Assembly (NCBI RefSeq): GCF_006345805.1 | Contig: NC_043014.1 | Location: 24,552,001 to 24,616,000, forward strand | Origin: Octopus sinensis | Lineage: Eukaryota | Reading direction: 5' to 3' | DNA length: 64,000 bases | Part shown: one piece after another, positions 40,481 through 52,876 of the stretch | Layout: each line of letters begins with the position of its first letter | How positions within the stretch are numbered: position 1 is the stretch's first letter | Position numbers and translations under genes: made by a program | Notes under the pieces: generated by a model | Seen by the model: the letters and a program-made list of their open reading frames with translations, nothing else | What the model was told of the DNA's origin: nothing | Database searches by the model: none

Positions 40481-43400
40481 TTTAATTCTCTAACCCATCT
40501 TTCCCAACTTACACTCATAGAAAATTATGCACACGACCGCAAACCTTTCCATCTCAAATCTTGCCTTTCTTACTGCCGCCTAAATCTCGTCTTCTCCCAG
40601 TGCGCAATGTCGTTTTTGCCCCTCTGTTATCTCTCTCCCTCCCTCTCTCTCTCTCTCTCTTTCTCTGCGGTGTCGTTTTCTCCCTCTGTTATCGCTGTCT
40701 CTCTCTCTCTATATATATATATATATTTCACTTTCACTCGCTGCCACAGGCTTCTACCCACACCTCCGCTCCCCCTCCCCTATAAAACCCTACGCACATC
40801 GCTATCTCTCTCTCTCTCTATATATATATATTTCACTTTCACTCGCTGCCACAGGCTTCTACCCACACCTCCGCTCCCCCTCCCCTATAAAACCCTACGC
40901 ACGAGGCTTGACCGCCCCTATTATTGCTTTCCTCCTGGCTATAACACACGAACTACGAACTGCAGGATGATGAATAATATCAGCTAAGTCATATTTAAGT
41001 TCACGACCTGTCCCTCTTTCATTGTTTTTGCAAGTATTATTATCACCATCAAGCCTTATTATTGTGTCCCCCATATATATTATCGTTATCCTTCGTCTCA
41101 AATGCTAGCTGAAGCATATAAACTTCGCTCACAAAAACTTATTCACACGACCGCAAAAAAAATCTCGTCTCAAATCTGGTCTTTCTGTCGTTTAATTCTC
41201 TAACCCATCTTTCCCAACTTACACTCATAGAAAATTATGCACACGACCGCAAACCTTTCCATCTCAAATCTTGCCTTTCTTACTGCCGCCTAAATCTCGT
41301 CTTCTCCCAGTGCGCAGTGCCCGCCCTCCCGCCCCCACCACCAGTACCGGAAGTCCTTATCTCACCTTGCCTTCCTTTGCTTTTCTTCCATGAACACCTA
41401 AAGGCCTTAAACCAATACCCCCCCCTTCTATATATGGTGGTGACCATACGGCGCAAAAACATGTTAGTGCAGTGTAACAGGTTGAACTTAAGTTCATTGC
41501 TTTGCTTATGAATTCTGCCAAATGCGAGTTTTCTTCTTCTTTTCAGGTACATGACGGCACTGCTCCCCGTCCCTGGGCCTCTCGGGTCAATTCCTTCAAC
41601 CTCCTCAGGGTGGGCACCCTCAACGCTGGCACACTGAAAGGTAGGTCTGGCGAGATAGTCGAGATGCTTGAACGGAGACGTGTTGACGTATGTTGTATGC
41701 AAGAAATAAGGTGGAGAGGAGGATCTGCTAGGTTCCTCACAGGCAAGGAACACAGGTACAAGATTTTCTGGGCAGGGAACACTGACGGGGTGGTGTGGGT
41801 ATACTTATCACTGAGAAATGGATAGATAGAGTAATTGAGGTAATCAGAGTAAGTGACAGAATACTTAAGATTAGAATAGTGCTTCATCATAGATTAGCAA
41901 CCATTATATCGGCCTATGCCCCTCAGCAAGGGCTACCCGATGGACAGAAAGACAGTTTCTATGACACCCTACTGCAGACCACCTCATTGACGAACGACAG
42001 GGACCTTCTCTTTGTGGCTGGTGATTTCAATGGGCATGTTGGACGACATGCTGGGGGCTTCCATGGCGTGCATGGAGGCTACGGTTATGGTTCCCGCAAC
42101 GAGGAGGGAACCAGGCTGCTGGAGTTCTGCGATGCGAATAGTCTTATGATCTGCAACACTAACTTCAGGAAACCAACAAGCCACCTGGTCACCTACCGAT
42201 CGGGCCGGCATGCTAGCCAAATCGACTACATCCTCGCCAGAAAAAGGGAAAGATGGCTGCTTATAAATGCCAAAACCTCCCCGGGCGAAGAATGCACCCC
42301 ACAACATAGACTGGTAGTTAGTGACTTTAGGATCAGGACTAAGAGGGCGACTAGAAGACGACCAACATGGAGAAGAAAGGTCTGGAAGCTTAAAGACCCT
42401 GCGAATGGACAGAGATTTAGAGATATGTTACTTGAAGCCTTTGATGAAGTGGAAGGGGGTATAGCTACACATGGGGTAGAAGACAACTGGACGTTTCTGA
42501 GGGACAACCTGCTGAAAGCCGCTGACCAGATCTGTGGCTGGTGCAAAGTCCCCTTAAGACCCAAAATAACATGGTGGTGGAACAATATTGTTGATAGGGC
42601 TATTAGACAAAAGAAACAGGCTTGGAAGGCCTGGAAGAACGGTGGTAGCAGGGAAGTGTATCAGACTGCCAGAAGGGAAGCTAGGAGACAGGTCTATCTA
42701 GCCAGAGGGGAAGCAGATAAAAGAAAATTTGCCAATGTCCTGCGCCGTGAGGATGAAAGACTTGAGGTATTTCGTGTTGCAAGACAGTGTGTGAGAGAGA
42801 ATCGAGATGTGGTAGGAGAGAAATGTGTTCGCATGGAGGATGGTTCACTTGCGTTAAATGAGGATGCAAAGAGAGAAGCTTGGAGACGCCACTATGAAAG
42901 GTTGCTGAATGAGGAAAATGAATGGGATAAAGAGAGTCTGCTGAATGTTGACCCAACAGAGGGACCAGCTATCCGAGTTGATAGTTCCGTGGTAGCTAAG
43001 GCAATTAGAAGCATGAAGACAGGGAAAGCCCCAGGCCCATCAGGAATTACTGCAGAGATGCTCAAAATATCTGGTAGTGTCGGCTATAGCATAGTCACCC
43101 GTATAGTTAACCAGGTGATACACAAAGGAGTCATACCCAATGACTGGTGTAGCAGCATAATAGTCAACTGCTACAAAGGTAAAGGCGATGCCCTAGATAC
43201 AAATAACTACAGGGGCATCAAGCTGTTGGATCAGGTAATGAAGGTTACGGAGAGGGTTATAGCCCAGTTAATTAGAGAGAGAGTTAGCTTAGATGATATG
43301 CAGTTTGGTTCGTGCCAGGGAAAAGTACTACTGATGCTATATTCCTGGTAAGACAGCTGCAGGAGAAATACCTAGCCAAAGGTAAGCCCTTGTACCTGGC

Positions 43401-46400
43401 TTTTGTTGACTTAGAGAAAGCCTTTGACAGGGTCCCCCGATCCCTTATCTGGTGGTCAATGAGGAAACTAGGGATAGATGAATGGTTAGTGAGAGCTGTG
43501 CGAGCCATGTACAGAGACGCAGCTAGTAAGGTGAGGGTTGGCAACGAGTACAGTGAAGAATTCCGGGTAGAGGTTGGGGTCCACCAAGGTTCAGTCCTCA
43601 GCCCCCTCCTATTTATCATAGTCCTCCAGGCAATAACGGAAGAATTTAAGACAGGATGCCCCTGGGAGCTCCTATGCTGATGACCTTGCTCTAATTGCTG
43701 AGTCACTATCAGAACTGGAGGAGAAGTTTCAGGTGTGGAAACAAGGATTAGAATCGAAGGGCCTTAGAATCAACCTAGCCAAAACCAAAGTCCTAATAAG
43801 TAGGAAGGTGGACCAACCACAAACGACTTCAGGTAGATGGCCCTGCTCGATCTGTAAAAAAGGTGTAGGTAGAAACTCTATAAGGTGCACCAAGTGTAAG
43901 CTATGGACACATAAGAGGTGCAGCAATGTCAAAGGAAGGCTAACTAAGAAAATAGTTTTTGTCTGTGGCAGATGCTCAGGGGAAATAAACACTGGAAATG
44001 TGCAGAGTCCAACTTCTACCACGTTCCAGGGAGACAAACTAGAAGTAGTTGATAGCTTCCGCTACCTAGGAGACCAAGTCAGTAGCGGGGGTGGGTGTGC
44101 TGAAAGTGTAACTGCTAGAGTAAGAATAGCCTGGGCAAAGTTTAGAGAGCTCTTACCCCTGCTGGTGACAAAAGGTCTCTCGCTAAGAGTAAAAGGCAGA
44201 CTATATGATGCGTGTGTACGTACAGCCATGCTACATGGCAGTGAAACATGGGCCGTGACAGCTGAGGATATGCGTAAGCTTGCAAGAAATGAAGCCAGTA
44301 TGCTCCGATGGATGTGTAATGTCAGTGTTCATAATCGACAGAGTGTAAGTACTTTGAGAGAAAAGTTGAACCTAAGAAGTGTCAGTTGTGGTGTGCAAGA
44401 GAGACGGCTGCGCTGGTATGGTCATGTGACGAGAATGGCTGAAGATAGTTGTGTGCAAAAGTGCTACAACCTAGCAGTTGAGGGAACCTGTGGAAGAGGT
44501 AGACCCAGGAAAACCTGGGACGAGGTGGTGAAGCACGACCTTCGAACTTTAGGTCTCACCAAGGAAATGACTGAAGACCGAGTCCTATGGAAGTGTGCTG
44601 TGCATGAGAGGACCCGGCAGGACTAGTCAGGCCATATCCCGTGGCCCCTACCTGGGACGTAGTCGATCCACCTGTGCATACCTTCCTTCTTGTGACACTT
44701 GTGAAGACCTGCTGAGGCAAGTGAAAATCAATCAAAATAGATGAACATCAATGGAATTTGTATCTTTGTGGTACCAGTGCCTGTGGCACACAAGAAAACC
44801 ATCCGAACGTGGCCGTAGCCAGTACTGCATCGACTGGCCTCCGTGCTGTGGGAACATGGTGGCACATAAAAACACCATCCGAAGACCCGGCAAGACTAGT
44901 CAGGTCATAACCCGTGGGCCCTACCTGGGACGTAGTCAGTCCACCTGTACATACCTCCGACTTGTGAAGACCTGCTGAGGCAAGTGAAAATCAAATCAAA
45001 TCAAAACAAATCAAAATAGATGAACATCAATGGAATTTGTATCCTTGTGGTACCAGTGCCAGTGGCACACAAGAATCCATCCGAACGTGGCCGTAGTCAG
45101 TACCGCTTGTGGTACCAGTGCCGGTGGCACACAAGAATCCATCCGAACGTGGCCGTAGTCAGTACCGCATCACTGGCCATCCGATCGTGGCCGTTCGCCA
45201 GCCTCATCTAGCACCTGTGTCGGTGGCACATAAAAACACCATCCGAAGACCCGGCAAGACTAGTCAGGCCATAACCCATGGCCCCTACCTGGGACGTAGT
45301 CAGTCCACCTGTGCATACCTTCCTTCTTGTGACACTTGTGAAGACCTGTTGAGGCAAGTGAAAATCAAATCAAAACAAATCAAAATAGATGAACATCAAT
45401 GGTATCTGTATCTTTGTGGTACCAGTGCCGGTGGCACACACTTTGTGGTACCAGTGCCGGTGGCACACATGAGAATCATCCGAACGTGGCCGTAGCCAGT
45501 TCCGCATCGACCGGCCTCCGTGCTGTGGGCACGTAACAAACACCATCCGATCATGGCCGTTCGCCAGCCTCATCTGGCACCTGTGTCGGTGGCACATAAA
45601 AACACCTTCCGAAGACCCGGCAAGACTAGTCAGTCCACCTGTGCATACCTTCCTTCCTTCTTGTGACACTTGTGAAGACCGGTTGAGGCAAGTGAAAATC
45701 AAATCAAATCAAATCAAAATAGACAAAATAGATGAACATCAATGGAATTTGTATCTTGTGGTACCAGTGCCTGTGGCACACAAGAAATCCATCAGTGCCG
45801 TAGTCAGTGCGGTGGGCACATGACAAACACCATCCGATCGTGGCCGTTCGCCAGCCTCATCTAGCACCTGTGTCGGTGGCACATAAAAACACCATCCGAA
45901 GACCCGGCAAGACTAGTCAGGCCATAACCCATGGCCCCTACCTGGGACGTAGTCAGTCCACCTGTGCATACCTTCCTTCTTGTGACACTTGTGAAGACCT
46001 GTTGAGGCAAGTGAAAATCAAATCAAATCAAAACAAATCAAAATAGATGAACATCAATGGAATTTGTATCTTTGTGGTACCAGTGCCGGTGGCACGTGGC
46101 ACATAAGAAAACCATCCGAACGTGGCCGTAGCCAGTACCGCATCGACTGGCCTCCGTGCTGTGGGCACGTAACAAGCACCATCCGATCGTGGCCGTTTGC
46201 CAGCCTCATCTGGCACCTGTGTCGGTGGCACATAAAAACACCATCCGAGCGTGGCCGTCTGCCAGCCTCGTCTGGCACCTGTGTCGGTGGCACATAAAAA
46301 CACCATCCGAGCGTGGCCGTCTGCCAGCCTCATCTGGCACCTGTGTCGGTGGCACATAAAAACACCATCCGAGCGTGGCCGTCTGCCAGCCTCGTCTGGC

Positions 46401-46660
46401 ACCTGTGTCGGTGGCACATAAAAAAACACCATCCGAGCGTGGCCGTTTGTCAGCCTCGTCTGGCACCTGTGTCGGTGGCACATAAAATCACCCACTACAC
46501 TCTCGGAGTGGTTGGCGTTGGGAAGGGCATCCAGCTGTAGAAACACTGCCAGATCTGACTGGACTGGTGCAGCTTTCGGGCTCCCCAGACCCCAGTTGAA
46601 CCGTCCAACCCATGCTAGCATGGAAAGCGGACGTTAAATGATGATGATGATGATGATGAT
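40481..46660 (+). mobile_element. Near full-length RTE LINE (APE-RT ORF ~41509-44626 with frameshifts, repeated 5' and 3' UTR modules, (GAT)n tail)
   Basis: RVGTLNAGTL, MQEIRWRG, AGDFNGHVG, QIDYIL, NYRGIKL, FVDLEKAFDRVP, HQGSVLSPLLF, YADDL, YLGDQV, GRPRKTW. Confidence 0.95.
44609..46490 (+). repeat. Modular tandem expansion of the RTE 3' UTR
   Basis: Modules restart at GA(A/G)GACCCGGCA(A/G)GACTAGTCAG near 44609, 44881, 45247, 45610 and 45898; ~60-bp units repeat about five times at 46180-46490. Confidence 0.85.
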
Positions 46661-47517
46661 GTGTACGTATGTGTATATACGTGCAAGTATGTATATGTAT
46701 CTGTGTAGGTAGATATATGTAGGTATGCTTTTATGTACACGTGTATGCGTGCATGTGTGCTAATATGTACTTAAAGGTGTATGGATGCGTATGTATGTTT
46801 ATATGCACAAATGTCTGTATATAGGCATATGTGTCTATATATGCGGGCAGATGTTAATGTGTGTTTATGTGTACTGAAGTACATTTATATATGTGGTTTT
46901 GTGTGTACATAGTTATGTGTACGTTTATGTGAAAGTCGGTACACTTATGTATGTATGAATATAACACGTGCGTTTGTGCATGTGTATGAGTGTGCGTGTG
47001 AGTGTGTGTGCGTGTGTGAGTGTTTGTGTTCGTATCAGTGGGAAGAAAGATAGAAAGGAAGGGAGAGGGGCAATAAATGGTTTCTTTAGGCCAGCTAGGC
47101 TAGCTCCCTAGGGAGGACCTTACTTCAGTGCTGGCCTGGTTGGTCGAGGTCAAAATAAAAATTAAAATTAAAATTAAAAATAAAAATAAAATTAAAATAA
47201 GGGAAGAAATGTGTGTGTATGTATATGCATATGTATGTGTATGTATATATGTATGTATATATATATTATATATATATATATATAAGTGTGTGTATGTATG
47301 TGTGTATATATATATATAGATATGTGAGCATGTGTGTATGGGGGTGTATATCCTCTTTTATATTTATTTATATATATATGTGTGTAGATATATGTGTGTA
47401 TGTATGAGCATGGGTATGGGTGTGTACGTAGATGTATGTAAATGGGTGCATATGTACATGTGTATATGGATGTATGTGAGTATGTGTATGTATGTGTGTA
47501 TATATATATATGTATGT

Positions 47518-47568
<51 letters not shown>

Positions 47569-47784
47569 ATGTATACATGTATATATATATGTATAAGTGA
47601 GAGTCTCCTTATTTACCTAAAACTCTATTATTCTGTTTATTCTTTTATCTACTTTATCACTGATTACTTTGACCACTCCCCTAAGAATGATAGTTTGCGC
47701 CATGCCTACCCCAAAAAGTTCCCCACCACCACCCCTTTAAACCTGCCTAAATGTATAAATGCCAAAACTATTCTTGTCACCTAA

Positions 47785-47831
47785 CTTCCTGATGATTTCT
47801 TTTGAATGAAACAGTTCTAGTCCTGTAGAAG
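47785..47831 (+). ncRNA. Type I hammerhead motif with a complete stem III
   Basis: CTTC-CTGATGA-T-TTC[TTTT]GAA-T-GAAA-CAG[TTCTAGTC]CTG-TA-GAAG. Confidence 0.75.
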
Positions 47832-48350
47832 CTCCTTCTTTAAAATAAATTAATTTACTCTGCTATGTATTGAGTACCTTATTTACTGTGGTTAACCCCG
47901 ACTCAACCCGGGACCTACATATATATGTATATATATATATATATTTATTTTCTTTTTCTTTTTCGATTCAATTTATTATTATTATTACTAGTATTGTTGT
48001 TATACATACATACATACATACATACATACATACATACATACATACAAGCATATGTAATGATAATAATAGGTGGATGTAAACACATGAACAAAATAAGAAT
48101 AAACAAAAACAACAAAAACAAAAATCAAAAAACAACATACAAATTACATGAACATATAAAATTACAAATTACATGAACATATATAAACAGAAGATACAAA
48201 TATTACAGGCATCCCCCTACATACACACACTAAATAAACATAAACGCACATAGAGATATAAGCATGCGCAAATGAAGACATACAATAGAAATACAAAATG
48301 GCTGATGGTTAGTAAGGAGAGACACAAATGAGAAAGAAGAAAACAAAGGA

Positions 48351-48392
48351 CCACTGATGCGGTCACAGGAGTGTGACGAAAGAACTCTGGCC
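48351..48392 (+). ncRNA. Degenerate hammerhead motif (A9C)
   Basis: CCA-CTGATGC-G-GTCAC[AGGAGT]GTGAC-GAAA-GAAC-TC-TGG. Confidence 0.5.
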
Positions 48393-48553
48393 GAAATAAG
48401 ATTAAGATTAATGTAAAAAATAAATAACACTGAAGCAAAGTGCGTGTGTTTTTATTGGCTAAACTGGCAAAATGACCATTCCGAAATATAACAATATCTG
48501 TTTCAACACACGACTTCACATAAAAAATCTTGCACAACAAATATTTAAACGTA

Positions 48554-48601
<48 letters not shown>

Positions 48602-48867
48602 CATATATTTATGTATCTATATCTATATATATATATCTATGTATTAAAGGTAGAAATTGCTAAAATAATTTTATCATAAAGACCATTCTAGTACCAGTTT
48701 CAGTCATTGAGACTTTTTCAGTTCCAAGTATGAAAAACAATTAAATTTTGGAATAATTAAATGAAAAGTATTTTAAAAGAATATTTGCCTAGCATTCAAG
48801 TATAAGGGGCATTTTCCTTGTTTCTGCCTATCTTTTTCTCTCTTGTTTACCCTTGTACGTTTAAGGT

Positions 48868-48909
<42 letters not shown>

Positions 48910-48910
48910 T

Positions 48911-48962
<52 letters not shown>

Positions 48963-48964
48963 TG

Positions 48965-50570
48965 ACGGATTGCCCCTGGGAGCTTCTCTATGCTGATGAC
49001 CTGGCCCTCATAGCAGAATCACTTCCGGAATTGAAACGAAATTTCGGGTGTGGAAGCAAGGTTTAGAATCAAAGGGCCTTATAGTAAATGTAGCAAAGAT
49101 CAAAGTTATAGTAAGCAGAAAGGTGAACTCCTTACACATACCCTCAGGCAGGTGGCCCTGCTCGATCTGTAGGAAAGGTGTAGGTAGAAACCCTATTAGA
49201 TGTACCCAGTGTAAGCTATGGACATATAAGAGGTGCAGTAATATCAAAGGAAGGCTAACTGGGAAGATAGCTTTTGTATGTGGCAGATGCTCGGGTGCAA
49301 TAAACACCACAGATACTCAGAAAACAGATTCCATCATACTCCAGGGGAAGAAACTAAAAGTAGTTGATAGTTTCCACTACCTAGGTGACCAAGTTAGTAG
49401 TGGAGGTGGATGCTCAGAGAGTGTCACCACTAGAATACGAATAGCCTGGGCAAAGTTTAGAAAGCTCCTACCCCTACTGGTGACAAAGGGTCTCTCGCTC
49501 AGAGTGAAAGGTAGATTGTATAATGCATGTGTGTGAACTGCCATGCTTCATGGTAGTGAAACATGGGCTGTGACTGCAGAGGACATGCGAAGACTTGAAA
49601 GAAATGAAGCTAGCATGATCCGCTGGATGTGTAATGTCAGTGTGCACACACGACAGTGTGTAAGCTCCCTGAGAGAAATGCTGGACATAAGAAGCATCAG
49701 ATGTGGTGTGCAAGAGAGACGTTTGGACTGGTATGGTCATGTACTGCGGATGGATGAGGAGAGATGTGTGAAGAAGTAACACTTCCAAACAGTTGAAGGT
49801 ATCAGGGGGAGAGGTAGACCTAGGAAGACATGGGTTGAGGTAGTCAAGCATGACCTTCGAATGTTGGGCCTCACAGAGGCAATGATGAAAGACCGAGATC
49901 TCTGGAGATATGCTGTGACTGCAAAGACCCGGGCTGCTTCCTGCACCAGTTTCGCATAGTCCCAGCCCAACCAAAGTACCTTAGATTGCAGAACGACCTG
50001 CTGTGCTTGAGGAGACCTATTGAGTCAAGTACATCAATATCAAAATAAATATCAAATGGAATTTGTAGTTATGATACCTGTGCTAGCGGCATGTAAAGAG
50101 CACCATCGGAACATGGCCAATGCCAGCACTGCCTTGGCTGTCTTCTGTGCCGGTGGCACATGACCTGCTGTGCATGAGGAGACCTATTGAGTCAAGTACA
50201 TCAACATCAACATCAAAATAAATATCAAATGGAAATTGTAGTTGGGATACCTGTGCCGGTGGCACGTAAAATGCACCATCCAAACGTGGTCAATGCCAGC
50301 GCCGCCTTGACTGTCTTCTGTGCCGGTGACATGTAAAAAGCACCAACCAATCATGGCCGCTGCCAGCCTCCCCTGACACCTGTGTCGGTGGCACGTAAAA
50401 AGCACCCACTACACTCACGGAGTGGTTGGCGTTAGGAAGGACATCCAGCTGTAGAAATACTGCCAGATCAAACTGGAGCCTGGTGCAGCCTCCTGGCTTC
50501 CCAGACTCTGGTCGAACCGTCCAACCCGTGCTAGCACGGAAAATGGGTGTAAAACGTTGATAATGATGTA
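48965..50570 (+). mobile_element. 5'-truncated RTE LINE
   Basis: [34 protein letters not shown]; 3' terminus as in the other copies. Confidence 0.92.
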
Positions 50571-50714
50571 TGCATATATATGTATATTTAAGTATGTACA
50601 TATATAGATATGTATGTGTATATATATGTGTGTATGTGTGTGTGTGTATGTATGTATATATATATATATGTGTGTGTGTGTGTATATATATGTATGTATA
50701 TATATATGTATATA

Positions 50715-51972
50715 GTAACCTGCCTCATTCTTGATTCCGAATTCCTTTTGCCAAGTCTGTCCGTAAACGAAGTGATCCCAAGATAAGAAATCTTTGAACT
50801 TTAATTCACCCCGTATCTCTATTTATTATTATTTATTATGTATCATTATTCTGAGCCCCCTAGTCGCCACTCTGTTTACTATTTCAGCCTCGCCTCGTTT
50901 TTGCATATTCTGTATAATTCATTAGTTATCGTTATAGATATTTAAGATCTATCTCCCTTACAGGGCTGATCGAATTGGCCGCCGATTCTTCGCGGCGCGC
51001 CCGCCCTACCCACCAGCACCACCACCACCACCACCACCAATACCGGATATCTCTATTTTGCTCCAACTATACCGGATGTCGTTTCTCCCACCACCATTAT
51101 AGGTGTCTACTCTTTGAACCCCCCTCTTCAATACGCTATTTCACCATGCATTACCCCTCTCTCGATATCCTACGTTCTACTTGTCTAGAACCTGTCCTCT
51201 GAACCACCCCTCCCACTGGTGCTCCCCTATATTTCTGCACCCCCCACCACCACCATTATAGGTGTCTACTCTTTGAACCCCCCTCTTCAATACGCTATTT
51301 CACCATGCATTACCCCTCTTTCGATATCCTACGTTCTACTTGCCTAGAACCTGTCCTCTGAACCACCCCTCCCACTGGTGCTCCCCTATATTCTGCACCC
51401 CCCACCACCATTATAGGTGTCTACTCTTTGAACCCCCCTCTTCAATACGCTATTTCACCATGCATTACCCCTCTCTCGATATCCTACGTTCTACTTGCCT
51501 AGAACCTGTCCTCAGAACACCCCTCCCACTGGTGCTCCCCTATATTTCTGCACCCCCCCCACCACCATTATAGGTGTCTACTCTTTGAACACCCCTCTTC
51601 AATACGCTATTTCACCATGCATTACCCCTCTCTCGATTTCCTACGTTCTACTTGCCTAGAACCTGTCCTCTGAACCACCCCTCCCACTGGTGCTCCCCTA
51701 TATTTCTGCACCCCCCCCCCATAAAAAGCACCATCCGAACGTGGCCGATGCCAGACCCCTCTGGCACCTGTGCAGGTGGCACGTAAAAAACACCCACTAC
51801 ACTCGCGGAGTGGTTGGCGTTAGGAAGGGCATCCAGCTGTAGAAACACTGCCAGACTAGACTGGAGCCTGGGGCAGTCCCGAGCTCCCCAGACCCCGGTC
51901 GAAACCGTCCAACCCGTGCTAGCGCGGAAAATGGACGTTAAACGATGATGATGATGATGATGATGATGATGA
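50715..51972 (+). mobile_element. Non-autonomous RTE derivative: 5'UTR-like segment, 4 x ~157-bp array, RTE 3' end
   Basis: GCGCGCCCGCCCTACCCACC...ATACCGGA resembles RTE 5' UTR 41314-41352; array units start at 51091, 51250, 51405 and 51562; 51720-51972 is the RTE terminus with (GAT)n. Confidence 0.65.
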
Positions 51973-52050
51973 TATATATATATAAATCGCCATGTTGATT
52001 CGCTAGCTTCTGCACGCATTTTTTTTCTCTCCTTGTTTCTTTTCTGTGTA

Positions 52051-52081
52051 TCTTTCTGTTGAAGGCTCGAAACGTAAAAGA
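52051..52081 (+). ncRNA. Degenerate hammerhead motif (A6U, stem II collapsed)
   Basis: TCTTT-CTGTTGA-AGGCTC-GAAAC-GTA-AAAGA. Confidence 0.45.
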
Positions 52082-52205
52082 CTTGTTTTATTTATATTCC
52101 TGAGCGCCATACTAATACAATTGTTTGTTTGTATTCCACCTGCCTTCGTCTTTTGTTTATTTTCATAAAGCTTCCTGTTATATATATATATGATGATGAT
52201 GATAT

Positions 52206-52244
<39 letters not shown>

Positions 52245-52245
52245 A

Positions 52246-52278
<33 letters not shown>

Positions 52279-52735
52279 GTATGTATATATTTATATATAT
52301 ATGTATATATATATATATGTATGTATATATATGTGTGTGTGTGTATTTATAGATATAGATATGTATATATATGTATGTATATATATGTATGTACATATAT
52401 ATATATGTGTGTGTACGTATATATATATGTACGTATGTATATGTATAAACATATATATGTATGTATATATGTATCTATGTATGTATAGAGGTTATGAGAG
52501 GTAATGGTGTCAATAAGACCCAAAGGTGTCAGGTAATGCTGAGTAAGTGCTATTGACAGACGATAGTTAAGCTCTAGGATCAGTGATTATGCAAATAAGG
52601 TGTCCAATGTAGGTCATATATCAGCATGTGTGTATTTAAAAACATTTTTTTTGCAGAATGAGATAAAAATCCAAGTCTGTGAAGATATTAAGTTAAATAT
52701 ATAAATTAACTATTTCTTAACCATTTTCTCACACC

Positions 52736-52783
52736 GTCTCTGATGAAGGGATATAAAAAGTATCCTGGAAACAGCTGTAAGAC
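52736..52783 (+). ncRNA. Minimal type I hammerhead motif
   Basis: GTCT-CTGATGA-A-GGGATA[TAAAAAG]TATCCT-G-GAAAC-AGCT-GTA-AGAC; the same family recurs at 60479-60530. Confidence 0.75.
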
Positions 52784-52876
52784 TTATTTATAAATGTTCT
52801 AGCTTTACAGCCTTGGATTTTTATTTCATTCTGAAAAAGAAATTTTATATTTATGTATGTGTGTGTATATATATAT

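Larger units (their letters stand above)
38024..47850. repeat. ~3.6-kb palindrome (centre 39879-39880) with its right arm interrupted by an RTE
   Basis: 38024-39878 is the reverse complement of 39881-40480 plus 46661-47850; unique anchors such as GACCTCGACCAACCAGGCC, CTAGGGAGCTAGCC and GAAGACTAGTCC are mirrored. Confidence 0.9.

Noticed and set aside
41530-41546. Strong splice-acceptor-like TTTCTTCTTCTTTTCAG|G in the RTE
   Set aside because: It lies inside the conserved MNSA...FQVHD ORF start shared by both RTE copies and is antisense to the host gene.
44609-46490. Regular repeats with CRISPR-like periodicity (also 20575-20730 and 51090-51720)
   Set aside because: The units are contiguous tandem copies without unique spacers, in a eukaryotic retrotransposon context, and no cas genes are present.
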